Positions 58,775 through 64,000 of a DNA stretch of 64,000 nt are shown one piece after another. The DNA is from Oikopleura dioica (taxonomy: Eukaryota > Animalia > Chordata), in assembly GCA_907165135.1 (NCBI GenBank), contig OU015566.1, forward strand, positions 4,154,001 to 4,218,000, read 5' to 3'. A program made the position numbers and the translations under genes. Below the pieces are notes generated by a model that did not search any database, was not told the origin of the DNA, and worked only from the letters and a program-made list of their open reading frames with translations. How positions within the stretch are numbered: position 1 is the first letter of the stretch; the number at the start of each line of letters is the position of its first letter.

Positions 58775-59955
58775 TCAGTTCAGTGTTCGGGAGCCTTCGG
58801 GGACGTACTTGTCTTCTCGCTCAAATGGTGGGGACGCGCGTTTTCCGACACAATGCTGGAGAAGTGAGATCGCAGCTGAAAAAAAGTTAAGAATGGTGAA
58901 ATCATAGAAGAGAATAATCGCTTTCTTGAGCAAAAGAAGGAGTTGTAAGACCGTTTAACTCATACCTTCACAAGTTCTAGTCGTTCCATCTGCATCAGAG
59001 AGCAGCGGATTGACCTCGACCATGTCCACCGCCAAGAGCCTTCCAGTTCTCGCAAGTTCAGAGCAGATGAACTCTCCTTCCTCCTTGAAAAGCCCTCCTC
59101 GGACAGGAGTTCCAGTTGCAGGAGTCAGGGAAGGATCAAGGGCATCGACGTCAAAGGACAGATGGATGTCTCGAGTTCCGTTTGGGTCGGTGGAATCGAG
59201 GCATTCGGACAGAACGCGGGAAATTCCCAGTCGGTCGATGTCGTTCATGTCGAAAGCTGAAAAAGTTTATTTCGAGGATGATTTTTGTTGTACCTTTGAT
59301 TCCATGATTTTTGATAATATCGAGCTCAGTCGGATCGACATCTCGCAATCCAATAAAAGCAATGTCTTTCGCTGCAATCTGACTATCGCACCATTCGAAG
59401 CCGGGTAAGGCGATTCTGCTAGAATCTAGCTCTTTGAGAAGAAAACTAAGGGGTGTTCCATGAAGATTGCCAGATGGTGACAATTCTGGAGGATTGATGT
59501 CGGCGTGAGCATCGACCCAAATGACCACGGGCGCTTTTCCGAGGAAGGTAGCAGATCCACTGATGGTTCCAATGGCCATGGAATGATCTCCTCCAAGAGA
59601 AATCACGGGTCTGTACTTCTTCAAGCTCTCTTTTACCGCATCTCTGATTCGTTCATTATTCGCTCCGACGGTTCTTGGGTTTTTGACGTTTCCCTCGAAG
59701 TCATCAGCGATATCTTCGACGACGCGAATGTTTCCAGAATCAACGACGTTGTTGAATTTTCTGAGTTTCTTGACGATCCCATGTTTTCGGAGAATTTCCG
59801 GACCATGTTCGACACCCGAACGGCGCTGACCTTTGCTTGAGGGGACTCCGATTAAGCAAGCTTAAATTAATTTTTAAAACCTGCCTTTTGAAAAATGATA
59901 AAAACCCCTTTTGCTCTCTTTTTTCTTTAAAAACATGTTTTTGATTGAAATTCAT
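58775..59955 (-). CDS. ARG: Arginase, multi-exon
   Basis: GGDHSMAIGT, WVDAHADINPP, SGNLHGTP, IGLRDVD, HLSFDVDALDP, ATGTPVRGG, DMVEVNP. Confidence 0.95.
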
Positions 59956-60299
59956 TTCCTGTCTATTGCCCGAATTTTCGAGCTTTTACTGGATTAAATG
60001 GGTCAAAAAATCGAAAAATACCTGAATAAAGGCGTGTAAATGTCAAGCGCTGAAGTCCCCTCATATTTTCAAATAAAAACCACTCTGATTGTATTTGTAC
60101 AAAAAGGGTTCAAAGTTGTTCTAGAGACTAAGATTGAAGTTTCAGTTTTTATATGGGTGTGGCTTTGGGACGAGGTGACAATCTTCCGCGAATTGCGCAG
60201 CTGACTGTGTTATTATTTTTTGAAGAAAGATTCATATCGATGATCGGGAGAAATTGATTGAACTGTTTGGAAGCAGTTGACCTTGGTCACTTTTCTCGT

Positions 60300-62060
60300 T
60301 GAATTTTATTTTCGCATATGTAAATGGTCTCAAGCATGGGCAAATATCAAGGAGGACGGTAATCTTCTGACTAGCGGAAAATTTTTCACAAGAGATTTCT
60401 CAAATGTGGGTGTTTCTTATATTTTTAAGTTCCTGTGCGGAAGCGCAGAGAGCAAAGATTATTCGTTCGTGCCCGTAAGTGAATTTTTATAAGCTCTCAA
60501 AGAAAATATTTGAGTGATTCTGACCTCGGTGAAAAATGTGAGGAATTCTGCTGGGATGAGTACTTGGCTTGTGTTGAGGCTCGCTCGACTTCTGCGTGTG
60601 AACGATTGTGCATGATACCTTATGCCGGTAATGCTTCAAAAAAAGATCTTATCACGGTGTCTTATCACTTTCCGAAATATGATTCAGATTGCTCAAGAAC
60701 TTGTCCATGCTATGAAGACTGCCCCGACGGTTGTGAAAATTGTCCAAATACAATTTGTTCATGCCGAAGCCCAGAGACTGATAACGTATATTTTCAACAA
60801 TGCATGAAGGAAGGTTCTGGGCGTTTTAATGACTGCATCACTTCATGCACGGCAAATACGACTTGCCTCCATGAGTGTTCGGAAGTGTTCCAAAATGAGT
60901 CTGAATACTGTCCTTGTATGCCAAAGTGTCCGATGGGTTGTTCTTGCAAAGATGGTTACAAGTGCCAACCGTACGTAACAGCCCTCTGCCAGAATCGTCC
61001 TTCAAATGATATCACGAGTTTTAACTACATTATTTCCGCTGATGGAAGCTTCAAGGTTCACACTTGGCGCAAATTTTGTTGTTTTTTAGTAACTTTAGGA
61101 AACGCGTCATTACCAGTCTCCGTTTAATGGAACATATCCATATCTTGAGTGGTCTGGCCATGCAATGCTTCACGGGGAGCATTTCTTTTTCGGCTCACGG
61201 AGCGATGTTTCAAAGAAGGTAAAAGAACCGATTCTTTTCACGAAATTAATGATAAGATCGCTAAACTTATTGGCTGCACAATTCAAGATTCTGAAAAGCA
61301 ATTACTTCAATCTTTCAATGGTGTTGATGGATCTCTCGTGACCATTACTTCGGGAACAGACTCCGTTATCTTATGCAGAGGTTCCTCCGCACATTGCGAG
61401 AGCTTTGATGGTGAAAGCTCCCGAGCCATATCGAGCACGCAAATTAATCATAGATATGCTTGTATGGCTGAATATGAAAATGTTCCAATAATTATAGGTG
61501 GGCTCTCACCCTCATTGACAAATAAGGTCGAAATTCTTTCATCCAGGTAGCAAACAAGGTTTATGTAACAATACTTTAAATTTCAGTGGGTGGGAATATT
61601 CGACATCTCATCCTAATAATATTCAACGTCAGACATGTTTGTCAATCGAAAATGGAGTCTTGACAATTGGCGGCTATTTAATTGATATAGGCGGCTTGAC
61701 AAAAAATGTGTTTTTATTGCGTGATGATGAGTGGAATTTTGCTGGAGCTTTGCAATCAGTAGGATAAATTTTCATAAGATGATTAGAAATCTTTAGTTTA
61801 ATGATGTCGGATCTTCGATTCATTTCGGAGACTTCTTCCTTGCATTTGGCGGAAACAACGATTACAAGTAAATCTTTAATTGCTCAATAGATAAAAAAAT
61901 TCGCAGTTACGTGGAAAAAGCAATCTGGGATGGTCAAAACGTGACCTCTTCGACGATCATTAATGAGCACGAAGGAAAGTGCTATCGACCGATTCTCTTC
62001 GAATCATCACCTGATGCCTGTAATGACGGTTGTCATGATTTTTGCTATTTTTATCCATGA
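60300..62060 (+). CDS. Cys-rich domain plus Kelch-like repeat protein, multi-exon, start uncertain
   Basis: Dense Cys pattern (CPCMPKCPMGCSC) followed by GG-containing beta repeats (IIIGGLS, LTIGGY, AFGGN). Confidence 0.6.
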
Positions 62061-62169
62061 ATGAAGAAATTTAAAATACGATCTATGACAAAATAAAGCA
62101 AAACAAAACCGTTGATAATCAGAAATAATCTTGTTTCAGAAATTTTATTTTTCAAAATTTGGATTTTCC

Positions 62170-63310
62170 AGAATTTCAAGCAAAGATTATACCCAGTCTT
62201 CCCAATCGTCTTCTGGCCAAGTCACTATCGACATCACGGAATTAACGATGAAAATTGAACATAGTTCTTAAAAATTTTTAATCCTTCTCTTAGTAAAATA
62301 AAATTTTTACTGATAAGAAATGCCCATCTTGTCGCTTTTTCTTCATCTTCACAATGTCTGAAGCTTCTGATGAAAGCAATTATCGAAAAAACGGAGAAGA
62401 AGAAAGAGATGATGCAAAAACTCGTCCAAGATTTACTCAGTCGCATAATTGTTAACCAAGGGCTTCCTAGGTTTTTTTCAATATCGACATTTTCGGCAGA
62501 ATTAACCTGGATCTCCGTAAAGCATGAGCATTCCTAAAACACCAGCAACTCCATTCATGATTTCTGTTACAATCACAATCAAGTTCAGGTCAATGTTCGC
62601 GAGATCAAGAACGAGCGAAAAGTTGAATAAATATTGCAATGGGAAGAACATTGTCAAATGAGCAAAACCAAATCCAATGCTATGTTTTTCTTTAGATTGT
62701 TAATTCAAGAGTGCTTATTTACCCATAAATTCCCGGCGCTTCTCCGCCAATTTTTTCAAGCGGAAAGTCTGGGAGAATCGGATCTCTTCTGTCGATTGTG
62801 CAAACTGGCCAGGTCCCGTTAGTTTGACCAAGTCGAGGAAAATCTTCTTTATAAGGCCTTGCATTCGGCCAAATGGCAATTGCGGCCAAAAGGGATGAAA
62901 TAAAGCCCAAAAATGACTCTGAAAACTCAATTTCCTTTTTGAAGATTTTTTTCTTACGAGTGAAAATGAGATTTTTCCAGACCACCTCCTTCATTGCATC
63001 TTTACCAATAACTGCTTTTCTCGAACAAAATAAGCAACAAATACAAACAGCAGAAAAAAGAGCTGAGAGGACATTCATCGCTTCCCTCGCCTTCCAAATC
63101 TGACAGTAACTCTCCCATGTGTCAAAGAACAGATCAAGACTGTCTCTAATACTAAGACTATCGTCTTCAAGCCAAGGTCGACGGTACCAAGCAATGTAGT
63201 TTTGAGATAAGCCGAGAGAACCAGCAATTATCGAACAAATACAGGAGATACAAAAAATGATCGTTGTTACTCTTGGGATATCCTTCAAAACAAAACATGA
63301 GCTGATCATT
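62170..63310 (-). CDS. Multi-pass membrane protein of unknown family
   Basis: Several hydrophobic segments in ORFs 62719-63309 and 62234-62446. Confidence 0.45.
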
Positions 63311-63607
63311 CATCAATTATAACCAAGCAATAACCTTGAAATATGGAAAGATTGTAATCAAGCTTTGGAGAGCACACCAGATAGCTGGGTAGCTCAAACT
63401 GTAGGTCAAGATGTACAAAGGGTCATTGAGAAAGTAATGATCATTTTCATCTTCCTCTAGAATTCCGATTTTCTCTCTCATATCAAATCAATTCTGACGG
63501 AAAAATTGGAACAGAGAGAAGATTCCTCTTTGTATAATCTTTGATTTATAGACGGCGGCTATTTACAAATCGAACACGCCTCCAAACTCGTTTTTTTTAC
63601 AGAAAAT

Positions 63608-64000
63608 TTATTCAACAAAATTTGGATTTTCAAGAATTTCTTCTCGATCTTCTTCTGTTCTGAAGCAAAACTGCGCTTTTTCGAATTTCCACTGGTCTTT
63701 CAAAAGCATCGCTCCCGAATCCCAAGGCTGCAGATTCCCAGAAGCAGTGAGCATGTAGCAAATAGCGCCAAAAAGATTGATCGCCATCGAAATATACCAA
63801 ACAGGGGACCAAGCATCGACAGAAGTAGAATTATCACCGGTTATCATCAAGACCACTTGCGGCGCTAGAAAGCCTTTTCTGAGTTTAAATCTGCTTTCTG
63901 GTTGAAAAAAAGTGAGAAACCCATTTTAACCCATGCCTGGAATGGTTCCCAAAGTATTGGTTATCCCAAAAGTCGCACCGGAAAACCTTGGCGACAGATC
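63608..64000 (-). CDS. SLC17/MFS anion transporter, C-terminal exons (5' part outside the window)
   Basis: SGATFGITNTLGTIPG and WSPVWYISMAINLFGAICYMLTASGNLQPWD are typical of SLC17 TM10-12. Confidence 0.8.

Overview
Compact animal genome with very short introns. TTAGGG repeats, 27-70 nt introns and GC-AG/GA-AG candidate splice sites suggest the larvacean tunicate Oikopleura; this host assignment is an inference. The flanks (1-17.4 kb, 53-64 kb) carry ordinary host genes: SLC20 phosphate transporter, O-fucosyltransferase, purple acid phosphatase, astacin-LDLa-ZP protein, two tandem sulfotransferases, arginase and an SLC17 transporter. The centre is one complete, apparently recent, unusually large (35,413 bp; 17501-52913) Polinton/Maverick endogenous virus. 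It has AGTAGT termini, ~340-bp TIRs and a perfect 6-bp TSD (CCGGCC), and sits inside a MITE whose intact copy lies 2.6 kb upstream. The right half holds the core module: pPolB, major and minor capsid proteins, integrase, packaging ATPase and a candidate stand-alone terminal protein. All of these are interrupted by host-style spliceosomal introns. The left ~18 kb is an accessory arm of multi-exon orphan genes, including two membrane glycoproteins. It also contains a ~1.9-kb non-coding array in which a strand-specific TTCATTTT motif recurs about every 45 bp between mostly unique spacers. All exon models were assembled by eye and need RNA-seq confirmation.
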